Below, one piece after another: positions 19,123 through 30,208 of a stretch of 64,000 bases of DNA. The notes beneath the pieces are model-generated. The model saw only the letters and a program-made list of their open reading frames with translations, ran no database searches and was not told where the DNA came from. The stretch is from Gemmatimonadota bacterium (lineage in GTDB: Bacteria; Gemmatimonadota; Gemmatimonadetes; Palauibacterales; Palauibacteraceae). Both the position numbers and the translations under genes were made by a program. Every line of letters begins with the position of its first letter. Position 1 is the first letter of the stretch. Where the stretch lies: contig JBHIAV010000006.1 in assembly GCA_046758745.1 (NCBI GenBank), forward strand, positions 33,608-97,607, given 5' to 3'.

Positions 19123-21912
19123 TCAGCGCTCCTTGCAGTCGTACCAGCTCTTGCCGACAGCGCAGTCGACCCGGAGCGGGACATCCATCTCGATGGCACC
19201 CTCCATCTCCTCCCGCACCGACGCCCGTAGCTCCCGCACATCGCTCTCCGGCACCTCGAACAGCAGCTCATCGTGCACCTGGAGCAGCATGCGGCAGCGG
19301 GTGCCGGCGAGCCGTCGGTGCAGCCGGATCATCGCGACCTTGATCAGGTCGGCCGCCGTACCCTGAATGGGAGAATTCGTCGCCGTGCGCTCCCCGAAGC
19401 CCCGCATGCCCGGATTGGGAGAGCGGATCTCGGGTATGTAGCGCCTCCGGCCGAGCAGGGTCTCGACGTATCCTTTCTCCCGCGCCTCTTCCTTCATGCG
19501 CTCCAGATAGTCGCGGACGCCGCTGAAGCGGTCGAAGTACTGTTGGATGAAGGTCTGCGCCTCGGCGCGGGAGATGCGGAGCTGGCCGGCCAGGGCCACC
19601 GGTCCCTGACCGTAGATGGTCGCGAAGTTGATCGTCTTCGCCTGGTCCCGCATACCCGGCGTCACCGCCTCCGGCTCCACCCCGAAGATGAGCGCCGCCG
19701 TGTCTCGGTGAATGTCCCGACCCTCCCGGAAGGCTTTCACGAACGACGGGTCCCCGGAGAGGTGGGCGAGCACGCGAAGCTCGATCTGAGAGTAGTCGGC
19801 CGACAGGAAGACCCAACCCTCCTCCGGCACGAACCCCCTGCGGATCTCGCGACCCAGTGCAGAACGGACCGGGATGTTCTGCAGGTTCGGGTCCGAGGAC
19901 GAGAGGCGACCCGTAGCCGTGACGGTCTGATTGAACCTCGTATGAAGGCGCCCCGTCCCCGGATTCACCATCGCCGGCAGCTTCATCACGTATGTCGAGT
20001 TGAGCTTGTCCAGCTCCCGATGCTCCAGGATCAGCCGGGGGACCTCATGGCCCTGCATGGCCAGGGTCGTCAGGACGCTCTCGTCCGTCGAAGGACCGGT
20101 CTTGGTGCGGCGTACGACCGGCAGACCCAGCCGGTCGAACAGGAGCTCGCGCAGCTGCGGAACGGAGCGAAGGTTCACCTCTCCCCCGGCCAGCTTCTGG
20201 ATCTCCTGCTCCACCAGCTCGATCTCGCGCGCCATGCGAGCCGCGAGAGATTCGAAAAAAGCGAGGTCGATGCGGATCCCGGCTCGCTCCATCGCCGCCA
20301 GCACCGGCACCAGCGGCATCTCGACCTCATCGAGTAGCTTGCGCATGGCGTGCTGCTCCAGCTCCCGCTCGAGCAGGCCCGTGAGACGGAGGGTGTAGTC
20401 TGCGCGCACGGCGGCGTACCTCACGGCGCGCTCGGGCGGCACCTCGGCGTAGGGGATCCGGCTGCGCCCGCTGCCGCACACTTCATCGCGAGTCGGCAGC
20501 CTACGGTCGAATCGTTCGAGGGCGAGCAGCTCGAGGCCATGCCCCCTCTTGCCCGGGTCGAGGCAGTAGGAGGCGATCGAGGTGTCGAAAGCGATCCCGT
20601 CCAGCGACACGCCCGCCCGCCCCAGCACGACCAGGTCGTACTTGATGTCGTGACCACTCTTCGCGAGGTGGGGGTCGGCCAGGAGCTCTCTCAGAGACGA
20701 CAACGGCGGCGAGTCGATCGACGGGAGGTTGGCAGGAGCCTCGCCGGCGAGGGCCAAAGAGGGGTCGTCCGTCTCATCGAGGTTCGTGGCGGGCCGCCGG
20801 TGCGCGAAGGGCATGTACCAGGCTCGCCCGCTCTCGGCTGCCAACGCCAGCCCCACCACCCGGGCACGCATCGGATCAGGAGAGTCTCCCTCCACTGCCA
20901 CCGCAACTCTCTCGGAGCGCCGAGCTTCCGCGATCGCTCTTCGCAGGTCGTCCTCCCGGGCGATGAGGGCGTAGCCGTTCTCCGGAGCACTCCGCCTCCC
21001 TCCGTCCTCCTCCGGACCGCAACCTCGCACGAGCGAGTGGAATTCGAGCTCGATGAAAAGCTCACGCAGCCTCTTTCGGTCGGGGGACTCGCGCCGGAGG
21101 GATTCCAGATCGAGCGCCACGGGAGCATCCCGGCGGATCGTCACGAGCTTCTTGGAGAGCTGCGCTTCCTCAGCGTGCTCTTCGAGCGCTCGGCGCACGC
21201 GCGCGCTGGTGATCTCGTCGCGCCGTGCGAGAATCTCCTCCAGAGTTCCCAGCTGCTCGATGAGCTTCGGCGCCGTCTTCCCCCCGATCCCCCGCACACC
21301 GGGGACATTGTCCGAGCTGTCTCCGATGAGCGCGAGGTAGTCGGTGACGCGCTCGGGCGGCACTCCGAGACGCTCCGCCGCGTTGGCCGACGTCACCCAC
21401 TCCTCGCCTATCCCGGCCGGTCCACCGCGCCCCGGGTTCAGGAGGCAGGTGCGCTCGTCGATGAGCTGGTAGAAGTCCTTGTCTCCCGAAACGATGACGG
21501 TGCACAGCCCCCGCTCGGCCGCCTGCACGGCCAAGGTACCGATGACGTCGTCGGCCTCCCAACCGTCGATCTCGATCACCGGGATGCGGAACGCGCGCAC
21601 GATCTCCCGGCAGCGCGGAAGCGAGGCCGCCAGCTCGTCGGGCATCTTCTCGCGCGTTCCCTTGTATTCCTCAAACAGCTCGCCGCGAAAGCTGTCCCCC
21701 GCATCGAGCACCACCCCTATGTAGTCGGGACTCCGCTCCTCGAGAAGCCGCATCAGGAACCTCGAGAGGCCGTAGGGAGCGGATGTGTTCTCGCCGGATG
21801 CGGTGGTGAGCGGGCGGCTGATCATGGCGAAGAACGCCCGGTAGATGAGGGCGTGGCCGTCGATCAGATAGAGAGTGGGGCGGCCGACCAGCTCGGCCGG
21901 AACGTCGGACAG
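19123..21912 (-). CDS. polA: DNA polymerase I (start appears to be non-canonical CTG at 21912)
   Basis: LYLIDGHALIYRAFFA upstream of the ORF-track start, EADD, SGDKD, GDSSDNVPGV, TGRLSSSDPNLQNIP, ADYSQIELR, QVHDELLFE. Confidence 0.97.
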   Translation of the reverse strand: MSDVPAELVGRPTLYLIDGHALIYRAFFAMISRPLTTASGENTSAPYGLSRFLMRLLEERSPDYIGVVLDAGDSFRGELFEEYKGTREKMPDELAASLPRCREIVRAFRIPVIEIDGWEADDVIGTLAVQAAERGLCTVIVSGDKDFYQLIDERTCLLNPGRGGPAGIGEEWVTSANAAERLGVPPERVTDYLALIGDSSDNVPGVRGIGGKTAPKLIEQLGTLEEILARRDEITSARVRRALEEHAEEAQLSKKLVTIRRDAPVALDLESLRRESPDRKRLRELFIELEFHSLVRGCGPEEDGGRRSAPENGYALIAREDDLRRAIAEARRSERVAVAVEGDSPDPMRARVVGLALAAESGRAWYMPFAHRRPATNLDETDDPSLALAGEAPANLPSIDSPPLSSLRELLADPHLAKSGHDIKYDLVVLGRAGVSLDGIAFDTSIASYCLDPGKRGHGLELLALERFDRRLPTRDEVCGSGRSRIPYAEVPPERAVRYAAVRADYTLRLTGLLERELEQHAMRKLLDEVEMPLVPVLAAMERAGIRIDLAFFESLAARMAREIELVEQEIQKLAGGEVNLRSVPQLRELLFDRLGLPVVRRTKTGPSTDESVLTTLAMQGHEVPRLILEHRELDKLNSTYVMKLPAMVNPGTGRLHTRFNQTVTATGRLSSSDPNLQNIPVRSALGREIRRGFVPEEGWVFLSADYSQIELRVLAHLSGDPSFVKAFREGRDIHRDTAALIFGVEPEAVTPGMRDQAKTINFATIYGQGPVALAGQLRISRAEAQTFIQQYFDRFSGVRDYLERMKEEAREKGYVETLLGRRRYIPEIRSPNPGMRGFGERTATNSPIQGTAADLIKVAMIRLHRRLAGTRCRMLLQVHDELLFEVPESDVRELRASVREEMEGAIEMDVPLRVDCAVGKSWYDCKER

Positions 21913-22009
21913 GGCAGGCAGGGTGAGTCTACCGCTTCACGCGGTCGTCGAGCCGCGTTTCCGGCATTACCCAGCTTCCGATCGGGCGGAGGGTTCGAGG
22001 GCGGACACG

Positions 22010-22210
22010 CTAAAGCTGCCGCACGTTCGCGGCCTGCGGTCCCCTCTCTCCCTCACGGATCTCGAACTCGACCTCCGCCCCTTCCACCAGCGTCTTGTAT
22101 CCCTCCATCACGATCGCGCTGTAGTGGACGAAGACGTCCGGTGCGCCTTCCACCTCGATGAAGCCGTATCCCTTGGCCTCGTTGAACCACTTGACCCTGC
22201 CTCTCGGCAT
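22010..22210 (-). CDS. Cold-shock domain protein
   Basis: [24 protein letters not shown] (RNP1/RNP2). Confidence 0.97.
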   Translation of the reverse strand: MPRGRVKWFNEAKGYGFIEVEGAPDVFVHYSAIVMEGYKTLVEGAEVEFEIREGERGPQAANVRQL

Positions 22211-22254
22211 GTCACGAGCCTCCTGAGGGGTAGCATGTCGAGTTCCGCCCGATG

Positions 22255-24582
22255 CTACCCGCCGTCCTCTCGACCGTCAACGCTCGCCCCCTCGAGCCCG
22301 TACAGCCGGCGATACACGTACACGGCGACGTACACCGCCTTCAAGTATCGCCGCGTCTCGCTGAACGGGATGCGCTCGATGAACAGCTCCTCGTCGGCCT
22401 TGAACTCCGGGAACTGCCTCCACCGCACGAGGCGGTGCGGACCAGCGTTGTAGGAGGCGAGGGCCGCCGCAAGTGAACCGAACCGGTCCAGCAAGTCGCG
22501 AAGGTAGCGGCTCCCGAGTGTCATGTTGACCTCCGGTACGACGAGCTGGTCCAGGCTGAACTCCGACAGGCCCACCTGCCCGGCCAGCGCGCGGGCCGTG
22601 CGAGGAATCAGCTGCATGAGACCGACCGCGCCCGCCGTCGATACCGCACGGCTGTCGAAGATCGACTCCCGGTGGACGAGCCCGGACACGAGGGCCGGGT
22701 CGAGCCTCTCGCGCGCCGACACCGCCTCGATCGCTCGTCGAAACCGAAGCGGGTAGGCCGCCCGGATGAGCCTCAGGCTCCACGGTCGCCCCCGCGTCCG
22801 GTGCAGCCCTCGCGCGATGGCAGATCCCTGCCAGGTCCAGCCGGCTGCGTTGAGCGCCTCGGCGAGGCGCAGACGATCCTCGGCGGACTCGGCGCGCCCG
22901 TGTCTCGCCTCGCGGAGCTCGATGAGGGCGCGTCCCTTCCAGCCGAGCGACTGGAGGAGCGACATGCGATCGATCAGCGTGCGGTGGTCCGGCCCCGGCA
23001 GCGCGGTGCTTCCCGACGCGGGCAAGCCACGCCAGGGGTCGTCGCCGGAACGGAGGGCGGCGCGGATTCCGTAATAGCCGACGGGGTCGTGGGCGAGCTC
23101 CCGGTACAGCCGCCGGGCGGCCGCGCTGTCCCCCATCATCTCCCTGGCGCGCGCCTCCCAGTAGGCGGCGGCCCGGTACCAGTTCCCCGCGGGGAAGCGT
23201 CGCTGGTAGTCCGCGAGACGCCCCGCGGCGGTCTCATGGTCGCCCTCCAGGAAGTCCAGCATGGCGAGACGGAAGAGCGCCGTGCCCGCGAAGGAGGAGC
23301 GGGGGAAGGCGAGGAGAGTGCCCTCGTATCCCTGCCGCGCCGCATCCAGGTCGCCGTCCTCGTGAGCCACATCTGCGACTAGGAAGGAGGCGTAGGGGGC
23401 GTTCGGTCCGGGCCGGCTCGCGGCTTCTCTCCACGCGTCCACCGCCCGCTCCCGTTGCCCGCCCCGGTAGCGAGCCCGACCCACGAGGAACCACATCTCT
23501 CCGAGCGTCTCGCCGCCCGGCGTGACCCGCTCAGACCGGGCCCTACCGAGCCAGCCGGCGAGCCCCGCGCTGACCTCACGGTACGCCCCGGCTCGGAAGC
23601 GCGCCTCGGCCAGCCGCAGGGCTAGGACGGCGCGACGCTCCGGCGGTGCGCCGGCGATGAGCCGACGCAACAGGACGGCTGCCCGGCCGGCGCGACCCGC
23701 GCGCCGATCCGACTCCGCGACGGCGCGGAGAACGACCGTGCCGGAGTCAAGCACGAGCAGGAGGCGGCCGACCTCCGGATTCGCGCCCCTCTCCTCCAGG
23801 GCGGCTCGCAGCTCGCGGATCGCTCCCGTCGTGTCGCCCCTGGCAAGCCGGGCCGGCGCCGTCCACTGCGCGGCCAGGGCGGAGCGGGCGCGCGGGGCGA
23901 GCTCGGCAGCCGCGGCCAAGCCGTGGGAAGGGTCGCCGGCCCGGAAGGCCGCCAGGGCGAGCTCTCGTCGCACCGAGTCACCGGGCACCACATGATCCGC
24001 GAGGAGCTTCCCGGCAAGAGCCCGCGCACCTGCCGTGTCCCCTCCCTCGGAGCGAGCCTGCAGCGCGGAGAGCAGAAGCCACGAGGCGACCTCCGGGCTC
24101 TCGCTCGCGGCGCTCTCGAACTGGTCGGCCGCCTGCACACGCCGCCCGGAGCGAAGGAGCGCGCGCGCGTACCCGATGCGGCCGGCCAGGCGCATTCGGG
24201 CCGCCGATCCGGCTCTGCCCGGCCCGCCGAGGTAGAGCTCATAGTGCTTTAGGGCGGCCGACAGGCTGTCCATCTCCAGCATCGCGCGGGCGAGCGCCAG
24301 GCGCCCCGCCCCTCCCTGCACGGAATCGAGCCACGCACGCCCGATGAGCAGGCGGCGAACGGCGGTCCAGTGCCTGGTCGCTTCGTAGGCCCGCGCGGCG
24401 AGCAGGATCAGGTCGGGTGTAGCCGTCTCGCCCATCGAGAGGAGTCGGGCGAGCCCGCGGCTGGCCGTGAGCGCCAGGCCCGCGTCGATCAGGCTGAGCG
24501 CTTCGGCCCGAGGGTCCGGCGCATCCTCCGGAAGCGGCTGGCCGACGACAAGGAAGGCCAGGAGGAGGGTCGAAGCGCTCAC
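22255..24582 (-). CDS. Soluble lytic murein transglycosylase with TPR superhelix (Slt70-like)
   Basis: TPR-like repeats, then [36 protein letters not shown] start overlaps the upstream stop. Confidence 0.9.
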   Translation of the reverse strand: MSASTLLLAFLVVGQPLPEDAPDPRAEALSLIDAGLALTASRGLARLLSMGETATPDLILLAARAYEATRHWTAVRRLLIGRAWLDSVQGGAGRLALARAMLEMDSLSAALKHYELYLGGPGRAGSAARMRLAGRIGYARALLRSGRRVQAADQFESAASESPEVASWLLLSALQARSEGGDTAGARALAGKLLADHVVPGDSVRRELALAAFRAGDPSHGLAAAAELAPRARSALAAQWTAPARLARGDTTGAIRELRAALEERGANPEVGRLLLVLDSGTVVLRAVAESDRRAGRAGRAAVLLRRLIAGAPPERRAVLALRLAEARFRAGAYREVSAGLAGWLGRARSERVTPGGETLGEMWFLVGRARYRGGQRERAVDAWREAASRPGPNAPYASFLVADVAHEDGDLDAARQGYEGTLLAFPRSSFAGTALFRLAMLDFLEGDHETAAGRLADYQRRFPAGNWYRAAAYWEARAREMMGDSAAARRLYRELAHDPVGYYGIRAALRSGDDPWRGLPASGSTALPGPDHRTLIDRMSLLQSLGWKGRALIELREARHGRAESAEDRLRLAEALNAAGWTWQGSAIARGLHRTRGRPWSLRLIRAAYPLRFRRAIEAVSARERLDPALVSGLVHRESIFDSRAVSTAGAVGLMQLIPRTARALAGQVGLSEFSLDQLVVPEVNMTLGSRYLRDLLDRFGSLAAALASYNAGPHRLVRWRQFPEFKADEELFIERIPFSETRRYLKAVYVAVYVYRRLYGLEGASVDGREDGG

Positions 24583-25991
24583 GTATCGTCCTGCCCCGGG
24601 AGGGACTCTCGCTGCTCCGCACGGTGGCGCCGCAGCTGCTCCGCCGCCTCCCTGAGAAGGAGCCTCGAGCGCTGCGTGAGCACGAAGGTTCCGAACCCGC
24701 TCACGTCCTCGAACAGGAGGCGTACGCGGATCGGCAGCGACTCCTCGTACAGCCACTCGATCTGGGCCCGTTCTCCGGTCCGCCGGGGAGCTCGAAGCAC
24801 CTCCTTGTCGGGCTCTCCGAGCTGCACGAGCGCCCGCCCCCTGTCACTCCGCCAGCCCGGCGTGCGCGAGTCTCCGTAGCGCCGGTTCGCCTTGGTCATC
24901 CGATCGAAGTACTCGGCGAGGAACTCGTTCGCCGGCGTCTTCGGGTCCGGGTCGCTCTCGGTCCAGAACCGACCCCACAGTCTAGAGCGCTCGGCAGGTC
25001 CGGCCTCGCGCCATGCCTCCAGCGTCTCGGGCGGCACCGCATACCGGAGATGCTCCGTTGCTTCCTCGAAATCTCCGAATACCCACTGGTCCGCCAGGCC
25101 TACGAGCAGCGTCGCCCGCGACGACCGGCCATCGTCCAGCGCCTGCACCTCAATGCGAGCCAGGCCGGGGGGGAGGAGCTGTAGGGGGAGGGGCGCGATC
25201 GCGGTAGCCGGGCCCTGCTCAGCGACCCGGCCTCGCAACGTGTCTTCCCACACCCGCTCCTCCCCCACGAACGCCCGCACCAGGAAGCCTGCGCTGCCCG
25301 GAGCGTAGTCCTCGATGACCACCACCGCGGGTGCTCGGCCGTACACGGCGGTCGATCGTGGGGAGATGATCATCGGAGGCGGCTGTGCGTACTCCCGGCG
25401 GGGGGCGGCACGGTACGCCACCAGGGGAGGAGAGAGCGTGGCACCGCTCGCCCCGAAAGCCGGTACCGCGAGAGAGTAGCGGGAGGTGGCCTGGTTGCGG
25501 GTCGTGAGCTCGCGGACAAGCACGTCGACCGTGTACTCACCCGGAGGGAGGGTGACGAAGCGCTGGAAGACGATGGCTTCGTCCGTGCGGGCCGTCTCGG
25601 AGAAATCTTCCACCCGCACGATCTCGCGTCGGTTCACCGCGCGAACCGTGTCCCTGCCCGACAGGAAGGTGAGCCTTACCTGGTAGCTGGCGGAGAAGAG
25701 GTCACCCTCCCGCGCGAAGCGGAGGGACGCGGGCGGCATTGAGGCGGCGAAGCCGACATAGGCGCTGTCAGCGGGTCCCCGCAGGATCACGAACCGCCCG
25801 ACGACCGGGAGGTCGGGGTTCCCGACCACGAGGTCGAGCGCCCGGTACGTGTCCAGGAGATCCGCCGCCGGACGGCCGCCGGCCGAGACATCGGGCGGCG
25901 ACGGGACACCCGAAGCGCAGCCCACGAGGACCCCCGCCAGCCCCACGAGCAGCGTTCCCCGTACGCTCCACGCCGCCGCTCCTGCCCTCAC
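24579..25991 (-). CDS. GWxTD domain-containing lipoprotein
   Basis: FW...DPDPKTPANEF..EY..R...AN..Y....PGWRSDRG...VQLGEPD; lipobox LVGC. Confidence 0.85.
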   Translation of the reverse strand: MRAGAAAWSVRGTLLVGLAGVLVGCASGVPSPPDVSAGGRPAADLLDTYRALDLVVGNPDLPVVGRFVILRGPADSAYVGFAASMPPASLRFAREGDLFSASYQVRLTFLSGRDTVRAVNRREIVRVEDFSETARTDEAIVFQRFVTLPPGEYTVDVLVRELTTRNQATSRYSLAVPAFGASGATLSPPLVAYRAAPRREYAQPPPMIISPRSTAVYGRAPAVVVIEDYAPGSAGFLVRAFVGEERVWEDTLRGRVAEQGPATAIAPLPLQLLPPGLARIEVQALDDGRSSRATLLVGLADQWVFGDFEEATEHLRYAVPPETLEAWREAGPAERSRLWGRFWTESDPDPKTPANEFLAEYFDRMTKANRRYGDSRTPGWRSDRGRALVQLGEPDKEVLRAPRRTGERAQIEWLYEESLPIRVRLLFEDVSGFGTFVLTQRSRLLLREAAEQLRRHRAEQRESLPGQDDT

Positions 25992-26080
25992 CTCTCTCCC
26001 ATCCGTCGTCAGCCTTCTTCGAGCGAGCCCCGTGTGGTTCTCCTACCCGAGCGGGAACGCGAGCGGTCCGCGCCGAACGA

Positions 26081-26118
26081 GAGCGGCGGCCCCCGGCATC
26101 CACCGGAAGCCGCCGCTC
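26081..26118 (-). terminator. Stem-loop downstream of the TonB-dependent receptor
   Basis: GAGCGGCGGC (26081-26090) / GCCGCCGCTC (26109-26118) perfect 10-bp inverted repeat; weak U-tract. Confidence 0.4.
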
Positions 26119-26146
26119 GAAACCGACCGTGCGCGGCCGTCCTCTC

Positions 26147-29086
26147 TTACGGAAAGTCGTATCGAAGCCGGAACATGGTGTACCGACCCAGGTTCGGCGT
26201 TCCGACGAAGGTCGTGTACTCCTCATCGAAGAGGTTCTGGATATCGACCTGCGCGGTCACGCCCGTCCCCGGTATCCGGTAGCCGAAGTTCAGGTCGAAC
26301 ACCTCATAGTTGTCGATCTCGCCGATGTAGACCCCGGAGTTGACCGGGAATCCCTTGACGAAGCGGGCCCGGACGGCCGCGTTGAAGCCGACCCCGTCGT
26401 TGCGGTAGGAGAGCGAGGCCGCACCCTTGGCCGTCGGGGCGTTCAGAGGAATCACCTCGGCGTCCGTCCCCTCGCCGGCCGTGAACTCATCATCCTCCAC
26501 GAAGGAGGCCGAGACGTTGAACCGCCACTCGTCGGTGAGGAGGACCGCGGCGGAGAGGTCTCCGCCGAACAGCTCTACATCGCCGAGGTTCCGGTAGGTG
26601 AGCATGAGGGTCGCGTCCGTGGTGCCTCCCACCGTCGTCGGGGTGATCACCCCGAGCGGAATCTGGGAGATGCTGCCGGCCAGCGCGGACGCGGTCGCGC
26701 GCGCCGTCAGCTCGTCCGGGAAGAGGATCCCGACCAGGGGGACGAGCTGAGACTGCAGGTACGCGTCGAGCTCCTGGCCGTTCAGGAAGACGTTCGGGGT
26801 TGAGAGGCGAAGCGCCGAGACGAAGTCCTCGATCCTCGTAAAGTAGGCATTCGCCGCCAGGAGCACCCGGTTCCCGATCAGCCCCTTGTAGCCGAGCTCG
26901 AGCGTCTGGGTGGTCGACTCCTGAATGGGCGGGAGGGCGGAGATCCCCGCGAGGCCGCCGGGGGTCGGCGCGAACTGCTGGCTGTCGAGGTTGAGGGTCA
27001 GGGCGAGGATCGACACATCGGCGTCCGTCGGGGGCGCGATCGCCTGCAGCAGCCCACCCGCCTGCGGGTCGTTGGCGGACACCACGGCCACCGCCTCCGC
27101 CCACAGCTGCGGGGTCGTGGTGGGGAGGAACTCCCGCGGGCTCCCGCCGAGCAGGAGGTTGAAGGGAGACTGGTGGTCCGGAACTCCCGTCCCGAACCGG
27201 TCGCTGAAGGTGAAGCCGTCCTCCGTGGTCCCCTGCGCGCGGACGTCGTACCGGAACGGACCTCCGAGGGGCACGGTGCCGCCCGAGATGTCGAGGAAGA
27301 GGTTGAGGGTCGTCGGCGTGGAGAACGAGCGGTTGTACGTGACCCGCAGGCTGTGCTCCTGGGTCGGTCTGAAAACGAGCGCCGCCCGGGGCGAGAAGAT
27401 GAGGTCCTCCAGACGGCTGTGGTCGTCGAGCCGCGCCGCGAGCACCAGGTCCCACTGGTCGCTGAGCGTGGTCTCCGACTGGATGTAGCCGCCGACCTCT
27501 GTGATGTCGTCGTCGTCCTCGTGTCGGCCGTTGATCGTCCCCGCCGACTTCGGCACGGTGCGCAGGAGATCGAAGCCGTAGATCAGCCTCTCGCGATTCC
27601 CGATCCGCGACGCGTACTGGAGCTGGCCGACGAACAGCTCGGACTTGTCCACCAGAGGACGCCCCGAGCGCAGGAGGAAGGTGTCATCGTTGTCGCTCTT
27701 GTTAAAGAAGAGCTGCCCGAAGAAGTCCTTGTACCGGACGCGAGCCTGCGCGTACGTGTACCCCCAGTCGATGACCTGCCCGGCGCCGAGACCCGTGAGG
27801 TCCACGCTGCTGACCGCCTGCGTGCGTCCCCCGGAGAGGATCAGGTTGAGATCCGGGGACGGCCTGACATCGAGCCGGCCATCGACCGTCCAGCGCTCCA
27901 GGTCGTTGTCCCGCCCGGTCGCCACGTTCCCCACGCTGGTGAGCAGCAGGTCGATGTCTTCGGGGCTCGCGCCCGGCCCGCTCACGTTGAGCCCCTGGGC
28001 GAAGGCGAGGCAGGCGGGGTTCGGGTTAAGCGGATCGAAGGCCGTCTGGAGGCATGCGCCCGCCGCTGCTCGCCCCGCTGCCTCCACCTCGTCGACGAAG
28101 CCGAAGTCCTCCGAGTTGAAGTACAGCCCCGACAGCTTGAAGCCGACCCTCTCGTCGCGGCTCTTCAGGGCGATCCGACCCTCGAAGTGCCCTACGTACT
28201 CGTCGGTAGAAGGCAGATCGACCGGCGTCTCCGGAACGCCGTCCCCGTTCAGGTCCACAATCGTCTGATCGGAGTCCTGCTGCCTCACCCCGTTTCCCAC
28301 CGCGATGGTCACGCCCGGATAGTCGATCGGAGACTTTGTCAGCGTGTGGATCACCCCGTTGGCCGCGTTGGGACCGTACAGAGCCGATCCGGGGCCGAGA
28401 ACGACCTCGATCCGGTCGATGTCGAGGGTGGTCGTCGGGTTCGACAGGTGCGAGATGTTGGCGCGCAGGGAGGGAACCCGCGCGATCCGGTTGTCCGTCA
28501 GGGTAAGTGTGGCGCCCGAGAAGATGTTGTTGAAGCCGCGGACGACCGAATAGTTGCCCTGAAGCCCGGTGGTGATCACGTCGACCCCGGCCTTCTCCTT
28601 CACGTAGTCCGCGCTCGTGGTGGCCGGACGCTCGAACACGTCGCGGGCGTTGACGACCTCGATCGCCCCCGGGGCTTCCAGCACCTTCTCCTCCGTCTTG
28701 GAGGTCGTGACGGTGATCGGGTTCAGGTTGTAGCTCCGCTCGATGAGCTCCACGGCGAGACTGGTGGTCTGTCCGGGGCTCACCGCCACCCCCTCCTCGC
28801 GCATCTCCCATCCGGGAATCGTGAAGACCAGGGTGTAGCTGCCGGCCTCCACCCCGGTGATTCGAAAGGCCCCGTCGACGCTGGTAAACGCCCCGGCCAC
28901 CGTCCCGCCGGCGGGCCCTCGCACCTCGACCTGCACGGCGGAGAGACCGGTGCCCGTGGTGGCGTCCCGCACCGTGCCCGCGATCCCGCCCGTCTGGGCC
29001 GCCAGCGGGGGCACGGACAGGAGCAGGAAGAGGAGCGACGAGAGGGAGGAAGGGTGCCACCGGAACGCTACGTGGAACGTTCTCAT
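26147..29086 (-). CDS. TonB-dependent receptor with N-terminal carboxypeptidase-regulatory-like domain
   Basis: Signal peptide from ATG 29086; GGIAGTVRDA..G; plug RGF..., IDRIEVVLGPGSALYG.NA; C-terminal NLFDEEY...GR.....LRYDF. Confidence 0.93.
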   Translation of the reverse strand: MRTFHVAFRWHPSSLSSLLFLLLSVPPLAAQTGGIAGTVRDATTGTGLSAVQVEVRGPAGGTVAGAFTSVDGAFRITGVEAGSYTLVFTIPGWEMREEGVAVSPGQTTSLAVELIERSYNLNPITVTTSKTEEKVLEAPGAIEVVNARDVFERPATTSADYVKEKAGVDVITTGLQGNYSVVRGFNNIFSGATLTLTDNRIARVPSLRANISHLSNPTTTLDIDRIEVVLGPGSALYGPNAANGVIHTLTKSPIDYPGVTIAVGNGVRQQDSDQTIVDLNGDGVPETPVDLPSTDEYVGHFEGRIALKSRDERVGFKLSGLYFNSEDFGFVDEVEAAGRAAAGACLQTAFDPLNPNPACLAFAQGLNVSGPGASPEDIDLLLTSVGNVATGRDNDLERWTVDGRLDVRPSPDLNLILSGGRTQAVSSVDLTGLGAGQVIDWGYTYAQARVRYKDFFGQLFFNKSDNDDTFLLRSGRPLVDKSELFVGQLQYASRIGNRERLIYGFDLLRTVPKSAGTINGRHEDDDDITEVGGYIQSETTLSDQWDLVLAARLDDHSRLEDLIFSPRAALVFRPTQEHSLRVTYNRSFSTPTTLNLFLDISGGTVPLGGPFRYDVRAQGTTEDGFTFSDRFGTGVPDHQSPFNLLLGGSPREFLPTTTPQLWAEAVAVVSANDPQAGGLLQAIAPPTDADVSILALTLNLDSQQFAPTPGGLAGISALPPIQESTTQTLELGYKGLIGNRVLLAANAYFTRIEDFVSALRLSTPNVFLNGQELDAYLQSQLVPLVGILFPDELTARATASALAGSISQIPLGVITPTTVGGTTDATLMLTYRNLGDVELFGGDLSAAVLLTDEWRFNVSASFVEDDEFTAGEGTDAEVIPLNAPTAKGAASLSYRNDGVGFNAAVRARFVKGFPVNSGVYIGEIDNYEVFDLNFGYRIPGTGVTAQVDIQNLFDEEYTTFVGTPNLGRYTMFRLRYDFP

Positions 29087-29254
29087 AACGCGGCCTCGCA
29101 GCTGAGGGTATACGGCGGAAGTGGCTCCGGCTCCGGAGGGGCCGTTTCGACTTCCAAGGTCAACACTTCCACCATGCAACGCAAGGCTGCCCGCCCGGAG
29201 ATGGGGAGGCGTGCCCGGCCGCGGAGAGGGCGGCGGCTCCGCACAACGCGAAGA

Positions 29255-29274
29255 GGCCCGGGAGGTCCCGGGCC
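29255..29274 (-). terminator. Putative intrinsic terminator after the exbB-like gene
   Basis: GGCCCGGG/CCCGGGCC 8-bp stem, followed on the minus strand by TCTTC. Confidence 0.45.
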
Positions 29275-29304
29275 CCGCTTTCGTCCATTCCGCGAAACGG
29301 CGGC

Positions 29305-30021
29305 TCAGCTCGCGGCCGCCTGCCCCCGCTCGATGCTGTGCAACGCGTCGATCATCTTCTGAGCGCTCTCTTCCATATCGATGACGAGGCGGTCGACGCG
29401 CGTGACGAAGTAGTTGTGCATCACGTTGATCGGGATCGCGATGGTGAGGCCGGTGGCGGTCGTGATGAGGGCGACCTTGATGCCGCCGGCGACGAGAGTG
29501 GCCTCCACCTCCCCGGCGATCTCGATCGCCTGGAAGGCCTGGATCATCCCGATCACCGTGCCGAGGAAGCCGAGGAGCGGCGCGACGTTGGAGAGGGTGG
29601 CGAGCCACACCAGCCCGCGCTCCAGATTCGCCACCTGGATGGCGCCCGTGTTCTCGATCGCCTGCATCACGCGCTCGGTGCCTTCGTGATGCCGCTTGAG
29701 ACCTGCCTTGAGGATCTCGGCCGCGGGGGACCTGGACTCCTCGCACAGCGCCAGAGCCTGATCGAGGCGCTGCTGGGCTATGAGACCGTCCACCTCGCCG
29801 AGCAGCTTGCGCGTGCGGGCGGCCTTCACCTGAAGGTCGAAGAACTTCCACAGGATGATGAGGACCCCGACGGCCAGGCAGAACCCGAGAGGCCACATCA
29901 TGAAGCCTCCGGACTCCCAGATCTCGCCGAGATTCAGGCCTTGTCCCTGCCCGAGCGCCGGGCTCTCCTGCAGCATCCACAGCGCCGTTTGAGCCAAGCT
30001 GCCCACGGTGACCTCCGACAT
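29305..30021 (-). CDS. MotA/TolQ/ExbB proton channel family protein
   Basis: GGFMMWPL, APLLGFLGTVIGMI, GIKVALITTATGL. Confidence 0.93.
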   Translation of the reverse strand: MSEVTVGSLAQTALWMLQESPALGQGQGLNLGEIWESGGFMMWPLGFCLAVGVLIILWKFFDLQVKAARTRKLLGEVDGLIAQQRLDQALALCEESRSPAAEILKAGLKRHHEGTERVMQAIENTGAIQVANLERGLVWLATLSNVAPLLGFLGTVIGMIQAFQAIEIAGEVEATLVAGGIKVALITTATGLTIAIPINVMHNYFVTRVDRLVIDMEESAQKMIDALHSIERGQAAAS

Positions 30022-30069
30022 CAGGAGTAGGATCGATCCTCGCGCCCGCGGCCGGCGACAAGGGGTTCG

Positions 30070-30099
30070 AAGCTATTTGGCGGCCTCGCTGGCTGTCAA
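30070..30099 (-). promoter_or_regulatory. Putative sigma-70 promoter for the exbB-like gene
   Basis: Minus strand TTGACA-18 nt-TAGCTT. Confidence 0.55.
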
Positions 30100-30208
30100 G
30101 TCGCGCCAAACGTCCGCTTCGGAGCGATTCCACGGGTCGAGTGAGGCCTCCGGCGGCGCTCTCCGGGGATCGAGAACCCTCCTGCTCCGCCCACACCCCC
30201 CGATCCCT

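Noticed and set aside
29087-30196. N-terminal 370 aa of the 1349-aa ORF 26147..30196
   Set aside because: Out-of-frame read-through over exbB; the real receptor starts at ATG 29086 with a signal peptide
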